Shown: piece after piece, positions 21,338-31,081 of the stretch | Position numbering within the stretch: position 1 is the first letter of the stretch | Layout: the number at the start of each line of letters is the position of its first letter | Source: an uncultured delta proteobacterium | GTDB lineage: Bacteria; Desulfobacterota; WTBG01 | DNA: 64,000 bases | NCBI GenBank assembly: GCA_963752035.1 | Contig: CAVVWZ010000098.1 | Location: 8,461 to 72,460, forward strand | Direction: 5' to 3' | Made by a program: the position numbers and the translations under genes | Notes under the pieces: model-generated | The model's input: only the letters and a program-made list of their open reading frames with translations | Database searches by the model: none | What the model was told of the DNA's origin: nothing

Positions 21338-22123
21338 TTAGCTCTTATTCAAAAGTGTATTTCCAGGAGAAAGCAGTTTTAAGAGGGTGTCTCGTAATGC
21401 TTGTTCGGTCAGGTTTAATCGCATAGTACCTTCACCGGCAAGTGAAATAACCCCCCGTTCCTCTGAAACAATAACAACAACAGCATCAGTTTCTTTACCA
21501 AGGCTCAAGGCACAACGGTGCCTCGTACCAAATGTGCTGCTGATCTCAATATTGGTGTCTAAGGGAAGCAGACATCCTGCAGCAGCAATCCTCCCTTCTT
21601 GAATAATAATAGCACCGTCATGAAGGGGAGAAGTCGGTAAAAAGATACTGACGATCATCTCTTTTTGAACATTGGCATCAAGCAAAACACCTTTCTCAAT
21701 GTAGTTGCTTAAACCCGTTTTCCGCTCAAACACAATAAGTGCACCTATCTTTTTTTCTACCAGTGTCATAGACGCCCTTACCACTTCTTCTATCATCTTC
21801 ACCTGTTCTAATTTATCACCACTGCTGGTCATAAAAGGATTCCTACCCACACGCATAAGTGCCCTTCTTATGTCATCCTGAAAGATCACTATGATAACCA
21901 GAATCATGGAAGCAATAAAATTATTTAAGATCCAGTGAAGAGTAAAAAACCCAATCCGGAAGGATACAATGTACAAACCCAGTACCACAACCAGGCCAAT
22001 CAACATCTGAACCGCACGGGTACCTTTAATCAAAAGAATAATGCGGTAAATGATAAACGCAACAAAAAGGATATCTAGAATATCCCACAACCGAAGGTTA
22101 TTTACTATTTCCTGCACAGACAA
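21338..22123 (-). CDS. cdaA: Diadenylate cyclase CdaA (c-di-AMP synthase)
   Basis: Three N-terminal TM helices plus a DAC domain with GALIVFE, PLHDGAIII and GTRHRCAL motifs. Confidence 0.85.
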   Translation of the reverse strand: MSVQEIVNNLRLWDILDILFVAFIIYRIILLIKGTRAVQMLIGLVVVLGLYIVSFRIGFFTLHWILNNFIASMILVIIVIFQDDIRRALMRVGRNPFMTSSGDKLEQVKMIEEVVRASMTLVEKKIGALIVFERKTGLSNYIEKGVLLDANVQKEMIVSIFLPTSPLHDGAIIIQEGRIAAAGCLLPLDTNIEISSTFGTRHRCALSLGKETDAVVVIVSEERGVISLAGEGTMRLNLTEQALRDTLLKLLSPGNTLLNKS

Positions 22124-22167
22124 TCTCCTTGTCTATAACATCAACCCGGTCAGAAGGAAGCGAAGCA

Positions 22168-23118
22168 TTAATTGACGGCTACAATAGCATCCACCATAGC
22201 AACCACCCGCTTCATTTTCTTTACATCGTGGACTCGAACCATACGGGCTCCATTGTTAACAGCCACCGCAAGAGCCGCTGCAGTGCCCTCTTCCCGCTCA
22301 TCTACCCCGAGGTTAAGGACATGCCCAATAAAGGCCTTCCGCGAGAGACCAACTAAAATTGGTTTTCCTAAGGGCTTTAAAGCAGCCAGATTTTTAATAA
22401 TCGTGAGATTTCCATCAGGAAGGGATTTACCAAAACCAATGCCGGGATCAATAATGATCTGGTGGGGATTAATCCCCGCTGACTCAGCAAACGCTATCCT
22501 TTCCTTAAGAAAATCAAAGATTTCAGAAATGAGAGTATCATATACCACCTGATCTTGCATAGTTTGAGGGGTCCCTCGCATATGCATCAAAATCACCGGC
22601 ACCTTGTGTTCAGCGGCAAGATGCGCCATCCCGGGTTCAAACCGGAAGCTGCTAATATCATTAATCATTACAGCACCTGCCTCAAGTGCTCCCTGAGCAA
22701 GGGCCACCTTTGTGGTATCAACAGAAACAGGCACATCAAGCTGCTGAGAAAGTTTTTCTACAAGTGGCAGCACCCGCCTGCGTTCTTCCTCTAATGAAAC
22801 GGGTTCCGCTCCCGGACGGGTAGACTCTCCACCTACATCAATGATATCGGCTCCTTCATCCACCATCCGCTTAGCATGATCGAGGGCAGAATGAAGGTTC
22901 ATGAACTTACCCCCATCAGAAAAAGAATCAGGAGTTACATTCACAATACCCATAATATAGGTTCGTTTATTAAAGTCAAATCTATATTTTCCACACCCAA
23001 AGAGTGGTCTGTTTTTTTGGTGAGGGGAGCTACCCGGGGCAACCCCTGACGTACTCATCACATCCTTCCTATTCGCAGGGGCATTGATCACAAGGACTTT
23101 AATCATCATGCCCTGCAC
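22168..23118 (-). CDS. folP: Dihydropteroate synthase
   Basis: IMGIVNVTPDSFSDGG, IIDVGGESTRPG, pterin-binding barrel motifs. The true start is probably downstream of 23118. Confidence 0.85.
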   Translation of the reverse strand: MQGMMIKVLVINAPANRKDVMSTSGVAPGSSPHQKNRPLFGCGKYRFDFNKRTYIMGIVNVTPDSFSDGGKFMNLHSALDHAKRMVDEGADIIDVGGESTRPGAEPVSLEEERRRVLPLVEKLSQQLDVPVSVDTTKVALAQGALEAGAVMINDISSFRFEPGMAHLAAEHKVPVILMHMRGTPQTMQDQVVYDTLISEIFDFLKERIAFAESAGINPHQIIIDPGIGFGKSLPDGNLTIIKNLAALKPLGKPILVGLSRKAFIGHVLNLGVDEREEGTAAALAVAVNNGARMVRVHDVKKMKRVVAMVDAIVAVN

Positions 23119-23225
23119 AGAGACGTTGTGACTCTTGTCTAAAAAAGTATTACTAGCAGGGAAAGGGATATGGACAGGGAAAAGCGAAGTTTTATTAACG
23201 AGTGTAAGCCTTGAAGAAAATAACT

Positions 23226-25055
23226 CTATGTGTTTATTTCACTTACTTTTTCATCAGATCCATTATTAAGGGGGCTAACTTCGTTTATAATCTTTTCTAT
23301 TTCATTGTTATCTAACACTTCCCTATCCAGAAGCTCTTTGGCAAGTCGATGCAATAAGTCCATATTCGCTTTGAGGAGATTTATCGCGCGCTCATAGTTT
23401 TCCATGATGATTCTTCTCACTTCTTCATCAATGCGTTCTGCAGTGTCTTCACTATAATCACGGTGCTGTGCAATCTCACGGCCCAAAAATATCTGCTCTT
23501 CCTTTTTCCCAAAGGTAAGGGGACCCAACTTCTCACTCATACCCCAGGCACAAACCATTTTTCGGGCTAAATCCGTTGCCCGCTCTAAATCATTACCCGC
23601 ACCGGTGCTCACATCTTCATTAATAATCTCTTCTGCTGCCCTCCCCCCTAAGAGAACTGAGATTTCAGCCAAAAGGAATTTCCTGGGCTGGGTATATTTC
23701 TCATCCGGCAAATAGTGGGTCTGGCCGAGTGACCACCCCCGAGGAACGATGGTTACCTTATGAATAGGGTCCGTTCCGGGTATCAACTTGGCAACCAGGA
23801 CATGTCCGATCTCATGGTAAGCCGTATTTTCTTTGTCCTCCGGGCTTATGATCATACTTTTCCGCTCCACCCCCATTAACACCTTATCCTTGGCAACTTC
23901 AAAGTCTGTCTTGTCAATCTTCTTCTTTTCCTTGCGGGCTGCCATGAGAGCGGCTTCATTTACCAGGTTAGACAAATCGGCTCCGCAAAAACCCGGTGTC
24001 CCCTTTGCAACCGTTTCTAAATTAACATCATCGGAAAGGGGTTTATTTTTGGTGTGTACTGTCAAAATACCCATCCGCCCCTTTATGTCAGGAAGGGGAA
24101 CCACAACCCGGCGATCAAAGCGTCCGGGGCGGAGCAGTGCCGGATCCAGCACATCAGGCCGGTTGGTAGCAGCTATTAAGATAACCCCTTCGTTAGATTC
24201 GAAGCCGTCCATTTCAACCAGCAGCTGATTTAAGGTCTGTTCCCTCTCATCATGGCCCCCACCGAGTCCTGCACCACGATGCCGACCTACTGCGTCGATT
24301 TCATCAATAAAGATAATACAGGGGGCATTCTTTTTACCCTGCAGGAAAAGATCTCTAACCCTTGAGGCACCTACTCCGACAAACATCTCTACAAAGTCCG
24401 ATCCACTGATGCTGAAAAAGGGTACTCCAGCCTCACCGGCAATGGCACGTGCAAGCAGGGTTTTTCCCGTTCCCGGAGCCCCCATCAGAATAACACCTTT
24501 GGGAATCCTTCCTCCAAGCACAGTGAATTTCTTCGGATCTTTGAGAAATTCAATAATCTCCTCAAGTTCCTCCTTTGCCTCGTCAATGCCTGCAACGTCT
24601 TCGAAGGTAACTTTCTGTTGCTGCTCGGTTAAAAGCTTTGCCCGGCTCTTTCCAAAAGACATTGCCTTGCCGCCGCCTGATTGCATCTGTCTCATCAGGA
24701 AGATCCAAATCGCAATGATAATTATCATGGGGAACCAACTGATCAGGATGGTGGTCCAGGGAGATTGCCTTTCCTCTTCTCCGATGATCATCACCTCTTT
24801 TGCTCTCAAATCCTCAATCAGCTTAGCGTAACCGGGATTGTAAGTTTTAAACTCCTTCCCGCTCAGCAAAGTACCCTGCACATTGTCTCCCTGGATGACT
24901 ACTTCACTTACTTCACCCTTTTCAATCAGGTCCAGGAATTCTGAAAAATTGAGTTCGTCCCGTTTGACCCTCGGTTGACTGAACAAATTAATCAGGAGGA
25001 CAAACACAAGCACTACACCCAACCATAAAGCAATATTCTTGTTCAAACGGTTCAA
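23226..25055 (-). CDS. ftsH: ATP-dependent zinc metalloprotease FtsH
   Basis: Two TM segments, Walker [12 protein letters not shown], second region of homology, zinc site HEIGHVL. Confidence 0.95.
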   Translation of the reverse strand: MNRLNKNIALWLGVVLVFVLLINLFSQPRVKRDELNFSEFLDLIEKGEVSEVVIQGDNVQGTLLSGKEFKTYNPGYAKLIEDLRAKEVMIIGEEERQSPWTTILISWFPMIIIIAIWIFLMRQMQSGGGKAMSFGKSRAKLLTEQQQKVTFEDVAGIDEAKEELEEIIEFLKDPKKFTVLGGRIPKGVILMGAPGTGKTLLARAIAGEAGVPFFSISGSDFVEMFVGVGASRVRDLFLQGKKNAPCIIFIDEIDAVGRHRGAGLGGGHDEREQTLNQLLVEMDGFESNEGVILIAATNRPDVLDPALLRPGRFDRRVVVPLPDIKGRMGILTVHTKNKPLSDDVNLETVAKGTPGFCGADLSNLVNEAALMAARKEKKKIDKTDFEVAKDKVLMGVERKSMIISPEDKENTAYHEIGHVLVAKLIPGTDPIHKVTIVPRGWSLGQTHYLPDEKYTQPRKFLLAEISVLLGGRAAEEIINEDVSTGAGNDLERATDLARKMVCAWGMSEKLGPLTFGKKEEQIFLGREIAQHRDYSEDTAERIDEEVRRIIMENYERAINLLKANMDLLHRLAKELLDREVLDNNEIEKIINEVSPLNNGSDEKVSEINT

Positions 25056-25288
25056 TGGTCACCCCTTTTCCGATAAAAATCTAAATTTTTCAATAATTTT
25101 AACACAAAGATCCTTTATCGGCAAATGAATTATCTGTTTCTATGCAAAAAAAAGGTCCGGATTCTTGCAGGGAGAAATGTAAGGTATTTTTAAGTACATA
25201 ACCATTCAGCACCAGTAAGAATCACACCGCAGTTTTTTGAATAGTGCACTTGAATCTTTATCTCTCAACACTCTTATATCTTTACCTT

Positions 25289-26674
25289 TTAAAGCAGTTC
25301 TATTTTGAGCACTCTTTTTGTACCCTCAGTAACCCGCAGACAGTGATTGATTCTCATCCCCCCTACCCAACCGAGCAGATCACCACAAAAAACCAGGGGG
25401 ACACGCTTTCTTTCGTTCAGTTCCACTTTTTCGTCACTAAAAAAATTCTTTATCTTTTTCTCACCATCCATACCAAATGGCTGAAATGTATCTCCCGGTT
25501 GAGCATTGCGTATGACAAGTGGCATTACAACCTTTTCTGCGTCAAGGTAGGCGACAGAGGGATTTGTGTTCTTCTTGATAACATCAACCGTTCCATCCAT
25601 AAGCTTAAAAACCATCTCCTTTCCTATCTCTTTAAGGCTAACCCTGCCTGGAATGGAACTGTACTGATAGATAAAGGGTAGGACGGTAGGCTGAATGGTG
25701 CTTAGCCTCAAACGGAGATATGATTTCTCCACCCTGATCCCGTCTGGAAGCTTCAGGAGCTTATGTGGTGCCCCACTGGCAGCAATTCCTAAAATATCAT
25801 ACAGATGGATTGAGCTTATCCTTTTTAAATCTCCTTTCACCTTCTGAAGCACCGCCCTCAAACATCTCAACTGCATGACCAGTGGTAATGCTAAAAGCTC
25901 TTTTGTGCCTATCACCACTGACGGGCTCTTCTCGGCAACGATTATTTCATCAAGTGCTTTTGTAGCTTTACTTTCTAAGTATTCGTTTTCTAGACTTAAA
26001 ATCTCTGCTGTATTGACAAGCCTTTTGACAATTTGGGGATTGTAGTGTTCTTCAAGGAGAGGGAAAATTTCCTGGCGAATTCTATTTCTCAGATAATCAT
26101 TTTTTTGATTGGAACTATCGAACACAATGGGAATATTTTTTTTGCTGAGAAACGCCTCAATCTCCATTCTGGTGGTTTCAATCAGAGGTCTTATGATTAC
26201 ACCCCGTACCGGAGGCATGCCTCCCAACCCTTTAAGTCCTGCACCTCTTAAGAGCCACATCATAAGTGTTTCAGCCTGATCATTGGCGTTATGTCCCAGG
26301 GCAATTTTAGTAGCGTTCTTTTTCTTCCTCACCTCTTCTAAAAACTGGTATCGGACTATCCTTGCGGCCTCTTGAGAAGAAAGTGAACACCTCTTTTTGT
26401 ATGCTGGAACATCATAGGTTTCCACTACACAAGACAACCCCATCTCAAGTGCAAGACGTTCAACAAAACCGGCATCCCTTAAAGCCTCTTTTCCTCTAAA
26501 TCCATGGTTGAGATGAGCAACATGTAAGGTAAGATCATAGCTTTTGCTCAGATGCTTCAACACGTAGAGTAATGCCACCGAATCCGGACCACCGGAGACC
26601 CCGACAACAACCCTGTCTCCCGACTCCAACATAGTATGCTTTTGTAGGGTCTTTTTAACCTGTGCTATAAACAT
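25289..26674 (-). CDS. tilS: tRNA(Ile)-lysidine synthetase
   Basis: PP-loop VGVSGGPDSVAL plus the TilS substrate-binding C-terminal domains. Confidence 0.9.
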   Translation of the reverse strand: MFIAQVKKTLQKHTMLESGDRVVVGVSGGPDSVALLYVLKHLSKSYDLTLHVAHLNHGFRGKEALRDAGFVERLALEMGLSCVVETYDVPAYKKRCSLSSQEAARIVRYQFLEEVRKKKNATKIALGHNANDQAETLMMWLLRGAGLKGLGGMPPVRGVIIRPLIETTRMEIEAFLSKKNIPIVFDSSNQKNDYLRNRIRQEIFPLLEEHYNPQIVKRLVNTAEILSLENEYLESKATKALDEIIVAEKSPSVVIGTKELLALPLVMQLRCLRAVLQKVKGDLKRISSIHLYDILGIAASGAPHKLLKLPDGIRVEKSYLRLRLSTIQPTVLPFIYQYSSIPGRVSLKEIGKEMVFKLMDGTVDVIKKNTNPSVAYLDAEKVVMPLVIRNAQPGDTFQPFGMDGEKKIKNFFSDEKVELNERKRVPLVFCGDLLGWVGGMRINHCLRVTEGTKRVLKIELL

Positions 26675-26710
26675 TATTACCGTATTTACTAGGTGAAGAA
26701 TTTTACTGGC

Positions 26711-26925
26711 ACATGATGTGTGATGTGAGATCTGACTTTCAGTAAGATCCTGGTTACTAGTTGCTGGATACTGGGGGTTAGTCAGTCAGCCAACAAAGTA
26801 TTTAAAAGTATCCAGTATCAAGAATCCAGTATCTCTTTTTTGCAATCCCATATCGTTTAATTCTAGCTTCTTGTCTCTGCATCGTGCATCATGTACCCTG
26901 CATCATATATCCTGCATCGTGTCAC
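26711..26925. repeat. Cluster of four different heptanucleotide tandem arrays in the tilS / HAD divergent intergenic region
   Basis: 26711-26738 acatgat/gtgtgat/gtgagat/ctgactt; 26750-26791 ctggtta/ctagttg/ctggata/ctggggg/ttagtca/gtcagcc; 26807-26834 agtatcc/agtatca/agaatcc/agtatct; 26877-26925 ctgcatc/gtgcatc/atgtacc/ctgcatc/atatatc/ctgcatc/gtgtcac. Confidence 0.8.
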
Positions 26926-27120
26926 ATTCTATCACAAACAGAAAATTTTACAACTTAAAAACCTCATAGTTACTGAATAGTTAGCGAGACACAAAGAGTG
27001 CTCACCCCTTTTTTAGCTGCCTGGAACAGAGGATCATGATACTATATTCTTATCAGTAAAGAAAATAGATACCTTATTTTTAGGATGTTAGGAACCTCCA
27101 CCTGCTCCAATGGATACTCA

Positions 27121-27774
27121 ATGCCTATTCAAGCTGTGATCTTTGACCTTGACGGAACCCTCCTTGACACACTGGAGGATATTGCTGACTCTGCAAACAG
27201 CATTCTTGCAAAACGTAATTTCCCCCTGCACGACCTTGATGCTTACCGCCAGTTTGTAGGCAATGGAGTCGGCATGCTCATTGAGCGTGCCCTGCCTCAA
27301 GAGAAGAGAACTACCGCTACCATCAATGAATGTGTACAGGCATTTCGAGATGAGTACGCAGTCAACTGGAACAACAAGACAAAACCATACAGCGGCGTAT
27401 TTGAACTGCTGGATGCACTAACGTCCCGCCACCTCAAGCTAGCGGTACTTTCCAACAAGCCGGACGACTTCACAAAAAGGTGTGTGAGTGAATACCTGTC
27501 ACAATGGCCGTTCGAAATAGTCAAAGGTTTAAACAGCAGCACTCCGCCAAAACCGGACCCTACAGGTGCACAGCAGATAGCCGACCATCTTAAAATCCAA
27601 CCTTCAGACATCCTTTTCCTCGGTGACAGTGGAGTAGATATGAAAACGGCTATCGCTGCGGGGATGTTTCCGGTAGGTGCACTCTGGGGTTTCAAGCCAC
27701 GAGCGGAACTGGAGCATAATGGAGTACAGGCACTTATTGAACACCCTCAAGAACTGCTGACCTTACTCACCTAA
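27121..27774 (+). CDS. HAD-superfamily hydrolase, phosphoglycolate phosphatase-like
   Basis: Motif I VIFDLDGTLLDT, motif II LSNK, motif III GDSGVDM. I take the start at ATG 27121 (MPIQAV...). Confidence 0.75.
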   Translation: MPIQAVIFDLDGTLLDTLEDIADSANSILAKRNFPLHDLDAYRQFVGNGVGMLIERALPQEKRTTATINECVQAFRDEYAVNWNNKTKPYSGVFELLDALTSRHLKLAVLSNKPDDFTKRCVSEYLSQWPFEIVKGLNSSTPPKPDPTGAQQIADHLKIQPSDILFLGDSGVDMKTAIAAGMFPVGALWGFKPRAELEHNGVQALIEHPQELLTLLT

Positions 27775-27790
27775 AACGGAACAGGCACAC

Positions 27791-30143
27791 ATGAAAAAAC
27801 CAAAAAAGGTTGCTATTCTCACCAGCGGAGGAGACGCTCCAGGCATGAATGCAGCCGTCAGGGGGGCAGTAAGGGCCGCACTCAATAAGGGATGGGAAGT
27901 GTACGCTATAAAAGACGGTTACCGCGGCCTCTTAACAGGTGGCGACAGTATCTTTCCCCTGGACTGGGTTGATGTAAGCTGGAATTTTCGGGAGGGTGGC
28001 ACATTTCTTGGTTCAGCACGCTGTCCCGAACTAAAAGGAGAAGGCAGCCAGGCACGGGAGCTGAAAGAACAGGCCTTACTCAACTTACGGAGGCTCAACA
28101 TCTCCTCCCTGGTAATCGTAGGTGGCGATGGCTCATTAACCGGAGGGTATTCACTCTTCAGGATGTTACAAAATAAAGAATACACAAATCCCGAACTGAG
28201 AAACATGCACCTTTCAATAGTGGGCATACCCGGAAGCATTGACAATGATATCGCTTATACTGACATGTCCGTAGGGGTGGATACCACGCTCAATACCATT
28301 GTTGAATGTATTGACAAACTCAGGGACACAGCCACCTCCCACAGGCGTGTCATCATTGTAGAAGTCATGGGTCGACTCCGAGGCTATCTGGCCGTCATGA
28401 GCGGGCTGGCAACCGGTGCAGATCGTGTGTTTGTCCGCGAGGAAAAAATTAACCAGAACGAACTAACCAAACTGCTCCTCGTACTGCGGAAAAGCTTTGA
28501 TTGCGGGCAAAAGGCAGGCATTATAATCCGGTCGGAAGGTGCCAGGTTTTCCACCAGCTTTTTAAAAGAGACAATCGATGTGCTCCTCAAACCGGAAAGG
28601 GAGGTAAGGGAAACTGTCTTAGGCCACCTGCAGAGGGGTGGTAATCCTACGGTTTTTGAGAGAACCCTGGCAACCAGAATGGGGGTAAAGGCAATTGAGC
28701 TGCTGGAAGAAACCCACTGCAGAACCTCAACTGGTGGGCTTGCACGCAAAGACCCTCAAACCGGTCTCTCTGTCCAGATCTCTCACTAAGATTAAGACTC
28801 CCTCCTTCCAGGAGGATTTGAGTCCTAACACCAAAAGTGCCTTTCATCTGAGCAGAATGCTGGAAAACCCTCCCGAGGAAAAATACCGGGGAACTACTAT
28901 TGCCCTGCTCACCGATGGCAATAATGTTTCCGGGATGAACATGGCAATCCGTGCCGTAGCCCGGTTGGCTCTCAATCGGGGGATTGCTGTCAAAGGCATC
29001 AAAGGGGGCTTTCAGGGGTTTACCAGAGGCCTTGGAAGCACCCTGAACCTGGAATGGAGCATGCTTGAAATGAAGAGCATTCTGCGCAGGGCAGGCACAC
29101 TGCTCGGCGTCTCCAGCAGTGGATTCACCATGAACACAAACGGCTATGAGACCATTGCTCAACAGGTAAAACAGCTACGCATTGATGGACTTATCGTCAT
29201 TGGAAATAAGGCGGCCTACCATAACTCACACAAATTAGCGTCCCTGATTAACCTGCCGGTTGTGGGTATTCCTGCGGATTTAAGCTGTAATCTGCCAGGC
29301 ACAGACTGGGTAATTGGCATGGATTCCACCTTAAATGATCTTTTACAGGGTATTGACAGGGCAGCTGATGCTGCACATGTAAAGAGAAAAATCTTCATCA
29401 TCACCTTAAATGGAGACTACTGCAGTTGTTTAGTTAGGCTTGCAGCACTGGCAGGAGGAGCAGAGCAGTTACTTATTGAAGAGGACCTTTCGGGAACCAG
29501 AGGGCAAAATTCCTTCCGGAAGAAGGTCCGGCAGAGTGTTAGGGAATTGAAAAGGATGTTTGAAATGGGGAAAACATTTGGCACCATAGTCTTTGCCCCA
29601 AACCATCCCGAAGCAACAGAAAGCTCTATTCAGTATATCAAACAGGCTGTTGACAAGGCCGGTATTGCCCTTGATGTGACAGTCATCCCTCTGGAAACCT
29701 CATTAGGGGGAATCATCCCCACTGCCTTTGATCGCATCCTGGCCAAGCGGTTGGGAGAAAAGGCAATAGACACGGTACAGAAGAAAATCGATACTCGAGA
29801 CTATGCTTTTCAAACGGTAGGAATCAAGGGAAAAAGAATTGTTTCTCCCTATTATGAGGACAGTGAAGGCAAACACAGCCGCAGCTGTTCTAAAGTCCTT
29901 GAAAAGGATCTCCAGCGCTGTTTCAACCTTATGGCCCAGCAGCAAGAAGCCTGCATTGGCGTCGGGGGCACCGTACAGTGGGACGAAACAAGCAATGAGG
30001 ACAGTTGGCTTGGGAAATGGACCTGTCACAAGTGTGGACATACACAAAAGTTCCTCTTCAACCCAAAGAGAATGCACTGTGTCTATTGTGAAAAACCAAA
30101 CTGTCACAACTATGGGTACGTAAGAATCTCTCGTCGCCTGTAG
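27791..30143 (+). pseudogene. pfkA: ATP-dependent 6-phosphofructokinase fused (after one +1 correction) to a degenerate second PFK-like half and a C-terminal zinc ribbon
   Basis: First half has LTSGGDAPGMNAAVRG, VGGDGSLTG, PGSIDND and VEVMGR. Its homologous C-terminus (...PQLVGLHAKTLKPVSLSRSL...) lies in the frame of ORF 28695..30143, reached by skipping one base near 28712. That frame stays open into a second half with LTDGNNVSGMNMAIRAV, VIGNKAAY and GIPADLSCNLPGTD. It ends in CHKC-x14-CVYC. Confidence 0.7.
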
Positions 30144-30234
30144 ACCGGTTATGAATACATTTCCCTTCTTCCCCCTCTCCCCATGGGGCTTGCCCCTGGC
30201 CGAAACAGGGGTCAGCTAGGGAAGGAAAGGCTGA

Positions 30235-30447
30235 ATGATGAAACCGAAAATCATTTTAGCGGCAGTTGTTATCACCGCCATTGTAATCATCCTCATTCAA
30301 AACACACAGGTAGTCACCGTGAGGTTGTTTTTCTGGAAGGTGAGCATGTCGCAAATCATCCTGATTTCCCTGACACTGCTTATCGGCCTTGTCATCGGGT
30401 TCATTGCCGCCACCTTTTTTAACAAGCGCCATAAAAAGGTACCCTAA
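30235..30447 (+). CDS. LapA-domain (DUF1049-like) small inner-membrane protein
   Basis: 70 aa, two TM helices flanking ...NTQVVTVRLFFWKVSMSQ..., basic C-terminal tail. Confidence 0.5.
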   Translation: MMKPKIILAAVVITAIVIILIQNTQVVTVRLFFWKVSMSQIILISLTLLIGLVIGFIAATFFNKRHKKVP

Positions 30448-30468
30448 ACCTCAGATGGAGAAAATCGC

Positions 30469-30996
30469 GTGGTATGCATGGGAAGAATAATGCTTTGTAT
30501 CACAGTATGTGTTCATTTATTGTTATTGGGGTGCACCGGCAAGAAAAACGATATTGTTCAGCTAGCACATTATCCTCTTGACAGTATTGATGGTATACTT
30601 ACCCGTTCGGACACTATCCTTGACCAAAACATCTCAAGTGATCAGAAGGGTTCACTGCGGATTAGCACCGAAAAACCTGCTACCGTGAGGTTGTATGAGC
30701 TCGGTGATATAGATGTTGAAAATGCTCGTCTGATTTACCAGGCACACCTTCGCACTGAAGAGGTTACCGGACAGGTGTATCTGGAGATGTGGTGTCACTT
30801 TCCCGGCAAAGGTCAGTTTTTCTCCCGGGGGCTGGATTCCCCCCTGTCGGGGAGCACTGAATGGACAACACAGGAAACACCTTTTTTCCTCAAGAAAGGC
30901 GAAAATCCTGACGATATTAAACTCAATCTGGTTATTAATGGAGCAGGCACTGTCTGGATCGATGACATACGTTTGCTTAAGGGACCACTCTTGTAG
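30469..30996 (+). CDS. Putative lipoprotein, hypothetical
   Basis: Signal peptide with lipobox LLLLGC. GTG start 8 nt after GGAG. No family recognised. Confidence 0.5.
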   Translation: MVCMGRIMLCITVCVHLLLLGCTGKKNDIVQLAHYPLDSIDGILTRSDTILDQNISSDQKGSLRISTEKPATVRLYELGDIDVENARLIYQAHLRTEEVTGQVYLEMWCHFPGKGQFFSRGLDSPLSGSTEWTTQETPFFLKKGENPDDIKLNLVINGAGTVWIDDIRLLKGPLL

Positions 30997-31081
30997 GAGT
31001 ATTGTAGACCACACTACCTCATGTTTGTATACTATTTTACTGCTAAACGATCTAAATACTAATGAATTAGGAGATTTTTTT

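Noticed and set aside
26711-26925. Heptamer arrays as a possible CRISPR array
   Set aside because: The units are 7 nt and directly tandem, without spacers, and no cas genes are present.
30183-30422. ORF 30183..30422 (79 aa)
   Set aside because: It overlaps the LapA-like ORF out of frame. Its sequence is His/Arg-rich with no membrane or family features.
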